64,000 nucleotides of DNA from positions 10,433 to 74,432 of the forward strand of contig JAZLAZ010000020.1 in assembly GCA_045613445.1 (NCBI GenBank). The letters run 5' to 3'. Below the pieces are notes generated by a model. The model was not told the DNA's origin. It was given only the letters and a program-made list of their open reading frames with translations, and ran no database searches. The translations under genes were made by a program, and so were the position numbers. The DNA comes from Candidatus Enterousia sp. Its GTDB lineage: Bacteria; Pseudomonadota; Alphaproteobacteria; Rs-D84. Below are positions 1-8,422 of the stretch, piece after piece (the stretch's first letter is position 1; each line of letters starts with the position of its first letter).

Positions 1-1
1 T

Positions 2-1336
2 GGTGCTGCTGGGGAAGGAATGATGATAAGTGGCAGTGTGCCAATGCCTGCATCAAACCGTGCAACATTGTCACTTGTTGCTGGTACATCGACAACCATA
101 GATTTTAGCAAATATTTTAATAATTGTAATGATTTGACTATATCTGCCACATCAAGTAATCCATCTGTTGTAGATGTACAGGTTGATGGTACAATATTAA
201 AAATAACAGGTAAGCAAAAAACGACAAGTGCAGAAACTGTTGATGTAACAGTTAATTGTGGTGGTACGGAAACTAAATACATATACAGTGTATCGGTAAA
301 TGAAGCAGTTACAGAAGCTGTTACAGATGTAACAATAAAGACTACCCCAGTGGGGATAGATTTTGGTTCAGAAACAATTAATTTGGGGAATTATACATGT
401 GCGTCGGACATTATTGTGGATGCAACGTCAAGTGATGAAAGTGTTGTTACCGTAATAAAAAATGGTAATAACATATCATTAGAATATAAGAATCCGGGTA
501 CCGCACAGGTTACAGTACAGATTAAGTGTGGTAAAAATGTCTTGGATACACATAAATATAACATAACAGTTCCGAAAGAGGGCGAAGAAGTAGAGGTTAA
601 AATAATAAGCGGTAACCAAAAAGGAATAACGTTTACATCGACAAAAACATCACCGCAGAACAAAGATATTTTAAATAAAAGTATTAAAAGTGGATCAGAA
701 GAAAAGAAAGTGAATAATACAACATATACAGTAACTTCATCGTCGGAAAAAGAGGAAGGACCGTGTAATCCTATAACTAAGTCTTTTAATGATGCTGTTT
801 TGTACTATTATGGTTATAAAAAGCCAAGAATTGGGCTGTACAGTAGTGTGTCCAGTGATGGAACAAATGATAATTTAGTCAAGTTAGATACTACTTATTA
901 TAAAGTAGCTTATGCCAGTGGTGGCGGTTCTAACAATATCAGACAAATTATATATAGTTGTCCTGAGAGTCCTAGAACCTACTTTTATCCTGTTTATAAT
1001 ATGGATAAGTATGGAAATATTGAATTGACGGCTGAGCATTTTGAAAGAAGTTTTTGTATTGATAGTTGTCCTGGTGGCCAAGGTGCTTGGTTTGAATATG
1101 AGCCTGTGGATAGTGGTGGCGGCAACAAAACATTTCTAATGTATTCAAGATATGCATGTTATTTTAATGAAGGACATGCATTGGATATATGTCAGCATTA
1201 TTGTGAAAAAAATGGTATACCAGATAGTGATAATTATAGTATCAAATCTTGTACAACAGACGTTGTTGCGATTAAAGATAGTCAGTGTATGTGTAATCAA
1301 AATGTAGATGGTGCGTGGACACATAAAATGTTATAA
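2..1336 (+). CDS. Secreted surface protein, probably 5'-partial: bacterial Ig-like (Big_2-type) repeats plus Cys-rich C-terminal domain
   Basis: The frame is open from the window edge to the first ATG at 20. Repeats 'SSNPSVVDVQVDGTILKITGK' and 'SSDESVVTVIKNGNNISLEYKNPGTAQVTVQ' resemble Big_2 domains. The last ~200 aa hold many Cys (CPESP, CIDSCPGG, CQHYCEKN, CMCNQN). Confidence 0.55.
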   Translation, partial: GAAGEGMMISGSVPMPASNRATLSLVAGTSTTIDFSKYFNNCNDLTISATSSNPSVVDVQVDGTILKITGKQKTTSAETVDVTVNCGGTETKYIYSVSVNEAVTEAVTDVTIKTTPVGIDFGSETINLGNYTCASDIIVDATSSDESVVTVIKNGNNISLEYKNPGTAQVTVQIKCGKNVLDTHKYNITVPKEGEEVEVKIISGNQKGITFTSTKTSPQNKDILNKSIKSGSEEKKVNNTTYTVTSSSEKEEGPCNPITKSFNDAVLYYYGYKKPRIGLYSSVSSDGTNDNLVKLDTTYYKVAYASGGGSNNIRQIIYSCPESPRTYFYPVYNMDKYGNIELTAEHFERSFCIDSCPGGQGAWFEYEPVDSGGGNKTFLMYSRYACYFNEGHALDICQHYCEKNGIPDSDNYSIKSCTTDVVAIKDSQCMCNQNVDGAWTHKML

Positions 1337-1354
1337 ACGAGCAATTGATTTTTG

Positions 1355-1383
1355 TTGACTTTTGCAGGGTGTTGATATAAAAT
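1355..1383 (+). promoter_or_regulatory. Sigma70-like promoter upstream of rpoA (TTGACT-N17-TAAAAT)
   Basis: TTGACT at 1355-1360, a 17-nt spacer, then TAAAAT at 1378-1383. A GCAGGG/CCCTGC hairpin overlaps the spacer and -10. Confidence 0.45.
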
Positions 1384-1451
1384 CTGCCCTGCGTACACGT
1401 TTGTATGCGGCCATTTGGCGAAAATAATAAACTAAGCTAAAAGGGAAAAAT

Positions 1452-2480
1452 ATGATTGAAAAAAACTGGATGACTTTGATCAAGCCAAAAAAATTGACAG
1501 TCAAAGTTGATGAACATAATCCTAATATCGCAACACTTATCGCTGAACCATTGGAAAAAGGGTTCGGTTTGACATTGGGTACCGCATTGCGTCGTGTATT
1601 GTTGTCTTCATTGCAAGGTTGTGCACCAATTTATATCAAAATCGATGGCGTTCAACATGAATTTTCCAGTATTTCTGGTGTTCGTGAAGATGTTACAGAT
1701 ATCATCTTGAACCTGAAAGGTGTTTATTTCAAAGCCTTGACCGAAGGGCAACATAAAGCATATTTGAAAGTTAAAGGACCAGCAGTTGTTACAGCAGGTA
1801 TGATTGAAACATCTGGTGGTGTCGAAGTTATGAACAAAGATGCAGAAATTTGCACATTGGACAAAGGCGCATCATTGGATATGGAAATCACATTGGCAAC
1901 AGGTCGTGGCTATGTTCCTGCATCGCAACACGCAGATGGTTTGCCATTGGGTGTAATGCCTGTTGATTCTATCTTTTCACCAATATTGAATGTTGCAAGT
2001 GCTGTTTCTGAAACACGTGTTGGACAATCAACAGACTTTGATAAATTGGAATTGACAGTTAAAACAAACGGTGCAGTATCACCAGAAGATGCAATTGCAT
2101 ATGCTGCACGCATCTTGACTGATCAGTTGGTTGTATTTATCAATTTTGAAGATCCAGCACAAATTGGTTCTGTAAATGACGAAGAATCTGCAAAAGATGC
2201 ATTGCCATTTGATCCAAAATTGTTAAAACATGTTGATGAACTGGAATTGTCTGTTCGTGCAAACAATTGTTTGAAGAACGACAAAATCAATTGGTTGGGT
2301 GAATTGGTTCAAAAGACCGAAGCTGATATGTTAAAAACACCAAACTTTGGCCGCAAGTCTTTGAACGAAATCAAAATTCAATTGGAAGCAATGGGATTGG
2401 GACTGGGTATGGAAGTACCAGGTTGGCCACCAGAAAATATTGCTGAATTGGCAAAAAAATACGAAGACCCATACAAATAA
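1452..2480 (+). CDS. rpoA: DNA-directed RNA polymerase subunit alpha
   Basis: 342-aa ORF. The N-terminal '[26 protein letters not shown]' and C-terminal '[14 protein letters not shown]...[11 protein letters not shown]' segments are hallmark RpoA NTD and CTD. rplQ lies downstream. Confidence 0.97.
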   Translation: MIEKNWMTLIKPKKLTVKVDEHNPNIATLIAEPLEKGFGLTLGTALRRVLLSSLQGCAPIYIKIDGVQHEFSSISGVREDVTDIILNLKGVYFKALTEGQHKAYLKVKGPAVVTAGMIETSGGVEVMNKDAEICTLDKGASLDMEITLATGRGYVPASQHADGLPLGVMPVDSIFSPILNVASAVSETRVGQSTDFDKLELTVKTNGAVSPEDAIAYAARILTDQLVVFINFEDPAQIGSVNDEESAKDALPFDPKLLKHVDELELSVRANNCLKNDKINWLGELVQKTEADMLKTPNFGRKSLNEIKIQLEAMGLGLGMEVPGWPPENIAELAKKYEDPYK

Positions 2481-2493
2481 ATTAAAAAATATG

Positions 2494-2576
2494 GATTCTT
2501 GTTGCGTTTGTCGGTTTTCATGTAGGTCAACTACACTTCAAACCGTCAAACGCTTCCAATAATCTCATCTTTTTTA
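2494..2576 (+). terminator. Long imperfect hairpin (about 20 bp of stem with a nested TGTAG/CTACA apical hairpin) followed by a T-run; terminator or attenuator between rpoA and rplQ
   Basis: The 5' arm GATTCTTGTTGCGTTTGTCGGTTT (from 2494) pairs with AAACCGTCAAACGCTTCCAATAATC (to 2564). TTTTTT lies at 2570-2575. Confidence 0.5.
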
Positions 2577-2742
2577 ATTTCTTGTGCTATAGCAAGGGAT
2601 GTATATAAATTTCTTGCAATTTGTGGGGATTTATATAAAATAAAGCAGAATTTTAATCCCATAATACTGAATTTTTCGGGTTATGGTGTCTCAAAAAAAT
2701 CCCGCTCGATAGGAGTAGGGCAGAAAACAAAAGGAGTAATCG

Positions 2743-3180
2743 ATGAGACATATGAAAGCAGGTCGTACATTCAATCGCGACACAAATGCACGCAAGGCCT
2801 TGTTTATTGGTTTGGCGAAAAACTTGATTGAAAAAGAACAGATTAAAACAACTTTGCCAAAGGCAAAAGATTTGCGCAGTGTCGTTGAAAAACTGATTAC
2901 TCGCGCCAAGGTTGATACTGTTGCAAACCGTCGTTTGACAGCATCTGAATTGGGTAATTCTTCTGCTGCAACTGTTAAAAAGTTGTTTGATGTATTGGGT
3001 AAACGTTATGCAAACCGCCCAGGTGGTTATACACGCGTTTTGAAGGCTGGTTTCCGTTATGGTGATGCAGCACCAATGGCAATTATCGAATTGGTTGATC
3101 GTGATGTAAATGCAAAAAAAGCATCTGCACCGGTTGAAAATTCAGAAACTGTTGCCGAAGACACAGCAAAAGCAGAATAA
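2743..3180 (+). CDS. rplQ: 50S ribosomal protein L17
   Basis: 145 aa with the N-terminus '[21 protein letters not shown]' and '[10 protein letters not shown]', both typical of L17. It has the canonical position after rpoA. Confidence 0.95.
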   Translation: MRHMKAGRTFNRDTNARKALFIGLAKNLIEKEQIKTTLPKAKDLRSVVEKLITRAKVDTVANRRLTASELGNSSAATVKKLFDVLGKRYANRPGGYTRVLKAGFRYGDAAPMAIIELVDRDVNAKKASAPVENSETVAEDTAKAE

Positions 3181-3199
3181 TCTATTGAAAATAGATTCA

Positions 3200-3232
3200 A
3201 AAAAAAGACCCGTATGTGCGGGTCTTTTTATT
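3200..3232 (+). terminator. Rho-independent terminator after rplQ
   Basis: AGACCCG-TATGTG-CGGGTCT stem-loop followed by TTTTTATTT. Confidence 0.8.
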
Positions 3233-3305
3233 TGTGATTGTTGAAAAACTGCTTTTATTATTTATGTCAATGTGATAAAATTAAATAAATTGGAAGGGAT
3301 ATTTT

Positions 3306-6300
3306 ATGAAAAAGGTACTATTTTTATCATTGGCATTGGTTTCTGTATTGTTTGATTCTTCTGCGTTTGCAGCGGCGGCGCGTCGCGGTCGTGCAACATC
3401 GGGAACAACAGGGACGGCGGCGACTGCATCTGCGCCAAAGACAACTGCTGCACGTGCTGCGACTAATTCTCGGACTGCGCCACGCACTGGGGCGACATCT
3501 GGGACAGCTGGACGTACGACTGCTGCGCGCAGTGCAACACCTACAACGGCCAAGGCACCAACCGTGGCTGCGCGCGCAGCAACAACGCAAAAGGTTGTTG
3601 GTACTGGGACCAAGGTTGCAGGGGCTGCAAAAAATATAGTGGTCAATGAAGAATGTCAGGCAAAGTATGAAGGTTGTATGGATTCTTTCTGTATGCTGGA
3701 TAACGAAAGTGGTGGCAGATGTATTTGTAGTGATAAAAATGCAGAATTGGATGCGATTTTTGCAGAAATTGAAAAGTTGGACGAACAATCGTATCAAATG
3801 GCAACGCTGGGGGTTGAAAAACTGGAAATGGGTGCGGATGCAGATGCGGCAATCGCAGCAGCAAGCAGTGTTGTGAATTCAATAAAAAACGGTGATACAG
3901 CGGATGGGAAAAAGAAGGCTAGGAAAGCGCTTGATTTAAGTATGTGGGATGCGACGGCAGATTTTGCAGAGGAAGAAGATATTTTTGCAGTTGCGTCTGA
4001 TCCAAATTCATTAGATGGCAAAGAAGGCGATGCGTTGCATGTGGCTGCTGCTGCATTATGTAAAGCACAAATTCCAGAATGTGCCAATGATATCAATATG
4101 CTACAGATGATGTATGGTCAACGCATTAAATCTGACTGTGCAGCATATGAAAATGTTTTGAAACAAAAGAAAACACAAAGTGCACAAAAGTTACAGGCTG
4201 CGGAACGTGCATTGCGTGAAACTGCATTGGAACAGTATCAAAATGCAAATAAATATGACTTGGGACAGTGTACAATAAAATTCAAAGAATGTATGCAGAC
4301 AACAGCAGGTTGTGGCAGTGATTTTTCAAATTGTGCGTCTGTTTCTGCGTTTGATTCAACAAATACCAGACGAAGTACATCAAAAAAGACTAAAAATTAT
4401 CAAATTGCTGGTGCTGTGTCTAATATTGAAATTTCTGCATCGACATATGATGCATTGATGGCCAAGAAACCATTATGTGAAACTGTCACAAAACAGTGCG
4501 CCAAGGTTGCAAGTCAGGTATGGGATACTTTCTTAAAAGAAGTCGCACCACAGTTAAAATCTGCCGAAATCATCGCAGAAGATAATGCCAGACAGGATTG
4601 TATCGGTAATATATCGTCATGTTTTCAAAAAGCATGTAAAGATACAATTGATCCAAAAGATCCAGATGGGTCATATGATATGTGCTTGTCAAGACCAGAA
4701 GCTATGCTGAATCTGTGTAAGGTTCCATTGAATGCATGTGGAATTGATGCCAGTTCTGCGTCCGCAGCGCAAAAATCTGATATATGGGATTTTGTAACAG
4801 CCAGACTTGCTGCAATGCGTGTGGATTCTTGTACAACAGAAGTTAAAGAATGTCTGCAGGCAGAAGATAGATGTGGCAAAGATTATTCAAATTGTATCGG
4901 ATTGGATACAGATGCGATAATAAGAATGTGTCCATATGATAAGTTGGTTGGTTGTCAAAAGGTTTATGGCGAAGAAGAAATCCGTGGTGATGCTGTATAC
5001 GAAGAATTGGCAAGAATAGCACAGGGGATTATGCTAAATATTGATAATGAAATGATTGCACAGTGTCAAAAGGCTGTTGATAATGCAATGATAAAAGTTT
5101 GTGGTGATACACAAAGTTGTACATCTTTGACAGTTGATGAAAATATTGGTGCAAGATCTTTAGAATATAAGATTTGTGAATATACCGCGGATGAAAATGG
5201 TATGTTGGATATAAATTATAATTTGTGTCGCACAGATGTTTCACAGATTCAAGATAGTGAATTGGGACGTTATTCATCTGCTCCGATAACTGTGGATAAT
5301 CCCGATACTGCAAATGACGAGGTCTTAGATTCTGTATATGCAAATAAGGGGGGTGAGATTACACCATTTGCAGGTGTGCTTGATGGAACAATATACTGGG
5401 AAAGTGTGAACTTTGATTCAGAAACAGGTAAATTGACAACATCCGATGAATATTTAAGTAAAGCAGAATATCAAAATATGACACAGAAGCAAAAAGATCG
5501 TGTTGCGTCTGAATTGAATGTTTTACAGCGCAATATTGATATGGCGATTCAATCAATTGAATCTGATCCAACAGTTCAATATTGTATGAGTGGTCGTACC
5601 GTGCCAGGAGTGCAAATAAAAGAAGAAGTTCAAAAGATTGGACGTGGCAAGGATGCTGCAAGATACCCAGAACTTACCAAGCAGATGCGTATGATTATTG
5701 CAAATCAGGCATTAAAAATAGCAAAAGATAATTACTATAAAAAATACGATGAATTAAACAATAAAATATTATCTGATTATGCAAAGATAGGTGAACGTAT
5801 TGCCGAAATCCAAGGTAAAAATTCCGAAGATGCACGTCGTGAATTGGCACGAATTGCGTGTGTTGAATTTGCAGAATCAGCCAGTTTGCCAAAAAGTGCT
5901 GAACCACCAAAGAATGCATTTGGTAAAATTGTATCTATGGTTGCAATTGCTGGTGCAGCGATAGGAATACCTTTTACTGGTGGTTTGTCTGGAGCTGCTT
6001 TGTTGGCTGCGACTATTGCGCCTGCGGCGGGTGCTGTTGCAATATCAGGCATTGGGCTTCTTGGTAATGCAGGTTCAAAATCTGCAAATGGTGATGATGT
6101 AATAAATCAAACACAGCTGACAGGTTCCAAGGCGTTGAATAACTGGAATTATAAGGAAACGATTACTTCAACATTTACATGGGATACATTACAGTGTCAA
6201 AAATGTGTAAGAACACAGACATGTAAAACAACCAAGAATCCAGTGTTTGGTAACAAATATTGTAAAGATTGGAATGATGCAGTTGAAACCTGTACTGAAA

Positions 6301-6311
6301 CTCAATTCTAA
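3306..6311 (+). CDS. Large secreted cysteine-rich protein, family member P1 (signal peptide, Ala/Arg/Thr tract, Cys modules, glycine zipper, CxxC tail)
   Basis: Signal peptide MKKVLFLSLALVSVLFDSSAFA. 'CQAKYEGCMDSFCMLDNESGGRCICS' starts at nt 3654. Modules are CTIKFKECMQTTAGCGSDFSNC and CTTEVKECLQAEDRCGKDYSNC. A Gly/Ala hydrophobic segment covers aa 872-924 (nt 5919-6077), and the tail is CQKCVRTQTCKT. Collinear with the ORF at 58670. Confidence 0.85.
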   Translation: MKKVLFLSLALVSVLFDSSAFAAAARRGRATSGTTGTAATASAPKTTAARAATNSRTAPRTGATSGTAGRTTAARSATPTTAKAPTVAARAATTQKVVGTGTKVAGAAKNIVVNEECQAKYEGCMDSFCMLDNESGGRCICSDKNAELDAIFAEIEKLDEQSYQMATLGVEKLEMGADADAAIAAASSVVNSIKNGDTADGKKKARKALDLSMWDATADFAEEEDIFAVASDPNSLDGKEGDALHVAAAALCKAQIPECANDINMLQMMYGQRIKSDCAAYENVLKQKKTQSAQKLQAAERALRETALEQYQNANKYDLGQCTIKFKECMQTTAGCGSDFSNCASVSAFDSTNTRRSTSKKTKNYQIAGAVSNIEISASTYDALMAKKPLCETVTKQCAKVASQVWDTFLKEVAPQLKSAEIIAEDNARQDCIGNISSCFQKACKDTIDPKDPDGSYDMCLSRPEAMLNLCKVPLNACGIDASSASAAQKSDIWDFVTARLAAMRVDSCTTEVKECLQAEDRCGKDYSNCIGLDTDAIIRMCPYDKLVGCQKVYGEEEIRGDAVYEELARIAQGIMLNIDNEMIAQCQKAVDNAMIKVCGDTQSCTSLTVDENIGARSLEYKICEYTADENGMLDINYNLCRTDVSQIQDSELGRYSSAPITVDNPDTANDEVLDSVYANKGGEITPFAGVLDGTIYWESVNFDSETGKLTTSDEYLSKAEYQNMTQKQKDRVASELNVLQRNIDMAIQSIESDPTVQYCMSGRTVPGVQIKEEVQKIGRGKDAARYPELTKQMRMIIANQALKIAKDNYYKKYDELNNKILSDYAKIGERIAEIQGKNSEDARRELARIACVEFAESASLPKSAEPPKNAFGKIVSMVAIAGAAIGIPFTGGLSGAALLAATIAPAAGAVAISGIGLLGNAGSKSANGDDVINQTQLTGSKALNNWNYKETITSTFTWDTLQCQKCVRTQTCKTTKNPVFGNKYCKDWNDAVETCTETQF

Positions 6312-6316
6312 GATAA

Positions 6317-6346
6317 TAAAAACCCGCTACAGCGGGTTTTTATTTT
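6317..6346 (+). terminator. Rho-independent terminator after P1
   Basis: AAAAACCCGC-TACA-GCGGGTTTTTATTTT. Confidence 0.8.
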
Positions 6347-6382
6347 GCAGGACAGAATAAATTAAAAAAAGTATATTTTTAC

Positions 6383-6411
6383 TTGATTTTTGGGGTGGGG
6401 TGGGGTATTAT
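6383..6411 (+). promoter_or_regulatory. Sigma70-like promoter of rpsB-tsf (TTGATT-N17-TATTAT) with a G-run spacer
   Basis: TTGATT at 6383-6388, spacer TTTGGGGTGGGGTGGGG (17 nt), TATTAT at 6406-6411. rpsB starts about 110 nt downstream. Confidence 0.5.
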
Positions 6412-6523
6412 ACGGGCACGCACGTCGTGCGAAGAACACAACCATTCTGCAATATTTGTGTCCAGATAATATTCTGGTCTGACCGCAGATGGCGAGGATA
6501 ACAACACAAAAAAGGATAAAATC

Positions 6524-7375
6524 ATGGCATTGCCAACTTTTACAATGAAACAGTTGATGGAAGCAGGTGTTCACTTTGGTCACCACACACGTCGCTGGAA
6601 TCCATTGATGACACCATATGTTTATGGCGTTAAAGATAAAATTCATATCATCAATTTGAACAAAACTGCACCACTGTTACACCGTTCTTTGGTCGCATTG
6701 GAAGCAATCGCTGCCGCAGGTGGTAAGGTTCTGTTCGTTGCTACAAAACATCAAGCAAAAGATATCGTAAAAGATGCTGCGGAACGTTGTGGTCAATTCT
6801 ATGTTAATAACCGCTGGTTGGGTGGTATGTTGACTAACTGGACAACAGTTTCTCAGTCTATCCGTCGCTTGAAGAAAATGGAAGCTGATATTGAAAACGC
6901 TGAAAAATTGGGCCTGACAAAGAAAGAAGTCGGTGTAATGACCAAAGAAGTTGAAAAACTGCGTGGTATTTTCGGCGGTATTATGGAAATGCATGGCACA
7001 CCACAGGCAATCGTTATTATTGACGTGCCACGTGAAATGAATGCTGTTCGCGAAGCAAAGAACTTGGATATCCCAACAATTGCAATTTGCGATACAAATG
7101 CAAATCCAGAAATGGTTGATTACCCAGTTCCAGGTAATGATGATGCTGCGCGCGCAACACAATTGTACTGCGACTTGTTCGTAGATGCGATTTTGTCTGG
7201 TATCGAAAAACGCTTAGGCGGTGCGGCTGGCAAAAAAATTGCATCTGAAAATATGGCAGATGCAGCCGATGAACTGGAAGATGAAATCAAAGAAAAAGAA
7301 GCCAGAGTTAAATCAAAAACAACTGCTGCACGCGCAGAACGCCGCAGCAAATTGGCTGAAAAAGCAGATAAATAA
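6524..7375 (+). CDS. rpsB: 30S ribosomal protein S2
   Basis: 'HFGHHTRRWNP' and 'NNRWLGGMLTNW' are S2 signatures. Followed by tsf. Confidence 0.97.
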   Translation: MALPTFTMKQLMEAGVHFGHHTRRWNPLMTPYVYGVKDKIHIINLNKTAPLLHRSLVALEAIAAAGGKVLFVATKHQAKDIVKDAAERCGQFYVNNRWLGGMLTNWTTVSQSIRRLKKMEADIENAEKLGLTKKEVGVMTKEVEKLRGIFGGIMEMHGTPQAIVIIDVPREMNAVREAKNLDIPTIAICDTNANPEMVDYPVPGNDDAARATQLYCDLFVDAILSGIEKRLGGAAGKKIASENMADAADELEDEIKEKEARVKSKTTAARAERRSKLAEKADK

Positions 7376-7400
7376 TATCTGATTTTATCAAAATATAATC

Positions 7401-7425
7401 GTGCAGGGGGAATTTGCCCCTGCAC
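7401..7425 (+). promoter_or_regulatory. Intercistronic stem-loop between rpsB and tsf (possible attenuator or processing site)
   Basis: GTGCAGGGG-GAATTTG-CCCCTGCAC is a 9-bp perfect stem. No immediately adjacent T-run. Confidence 0.35.
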
Positions 7426-7461
7426 AAAAGAATTCTTTTAACAAAGATGGGAGAAAATACA

Positions 7462-8331
7462 ATGGCAGAAATTACAGCAAAATTGATTCAAGAATTGCGT
7501 GAAAAAACATCCGCTGGTATGATGGATTGCAAGAAAGCCTTGATGGAAAATGATGGCGATATCCAAGCTGCTGCTGATTGGTTGCGCCAAAAAGGTATCG
7601 TAAAAGCTGCTTCAAAAGCAGGCCGTGTTGCTGCATCTGGTTTGGTAACTGTTGTAAAATGTGACAATATGGGTTGTGTTGTTGAATTAAATGCAGAAAC
7701 AGACTTTGTTGCTAAAAATGAAAAATTCCAAAAGTTGGTCGCAGATGTTGCAGCAAAAGCAGCGGAATTGCAGGGCGATTTTGATGCAACAATGGAAGCT
7801 GTCAAAGATGATATTGCTGCAACCATTTCTACAATTGGTGAAAATATGAATTTGCGTCGTATTGCAAAAGTAAATGGTGATAAAATCTTTACTTATATTC
7901 ACAATGCGTTGGTTCCAGGTATGGGGCAGATTGGTGTTGCTGTTGCAATCGACGGTACAGATGAAAAAATTGATGAAATTGGTTCAAAAGTTGCAATGCA
8001 TATCGCTGCAAATAAACCAGAATTTATGACAGTTGCAGATGTTGATCCTGTTGCTGTTGAACGCGAAAAGAAAGTGTTCGTTGAATCTGGTGCAACAGCT
8101 GGTAAACCAGAAAATATCGTTGAAAAAATGATCGAAGGTCGTATTAAAAAATGGTATGGCGAAAGCGTTCTGGAAGAACAACCATTTGTTATGGATCCAT
8201 CAAAAACAGTTAAAGAAGTCGTCGCAGAAGCTGGCGGTAAATTAGCTGGTTTTGCATTCTTTGTTTTGGGCGAAGGTATCCAAAAACGTGAAGATAACTT
8301 GGCAGACGAAGTTGCAAAAATGTTGGGTTAG
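7462..8331 (+). CDS. tsf: Elongation factor Ts
   Basis: 'MAEITAKLIQELREKTSAGMMDCKKAL' is the EF-Ts N-terminus. Start moved from the track's 7414 to ATG 7462, which has GGGAGA just upstream. Confidence 0.95.
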   Translation: MAEITAKLIQELREKTSAGMMDCKKALMENDGDIQAAADWLRQKGIVKAASKAGRVAASGLVTVVKCDNMGCVVELNAETDFVAKNEKFQKLVADVAAKAAELQGDFDATMEAVKDDIAATISTIGENMNLRRIAKVNGDKIFTYIHNALVPGMGQIGVAVAIDGTDEKIDEIGSKVAMHIAANKPEFMTVADVDPVAVEREKKVFVESGATAGKPENIVEKMIEGRIKKWYGESVLEEQPFVMDPSKTVKEVVAEAGGKLAGFAFFVLGEGIQKREDNLADEVAKMLG

Positions 8332-8345
8332 TAACATTTTGTATT

Positions 8346-8378
8346 AAAAAAGACCGTCGGATAGACGGTCTTTTTTTA
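8346..8378 (+). terminator. Rho-independent terminator after tsf
   Basis: AAAAAAGACCGTC-GGATA-GACGGTCTTTTTTT. Confidence 0.85.
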
Positions 8379-8422
8379 TTCTTTTGTTTGACAAAATAGA
8401 TTGGTGGTGTATATTTTTGTGT

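Noticed and set aside
3281-3797. Three overlapping ORFs (3281-3646 minus, 3327-3797 minus, 3352-3639 plus) with Arg/Ala/Cys-rich translations
   Set aside because: They lie inside the GC-rich Ala/Arg/Thr tract of the 1001-aa gene. GC-rich stop-poor sequence produces open frames on both strands. They have no RBS or independent signal, and the sense frame has clear paralogs.
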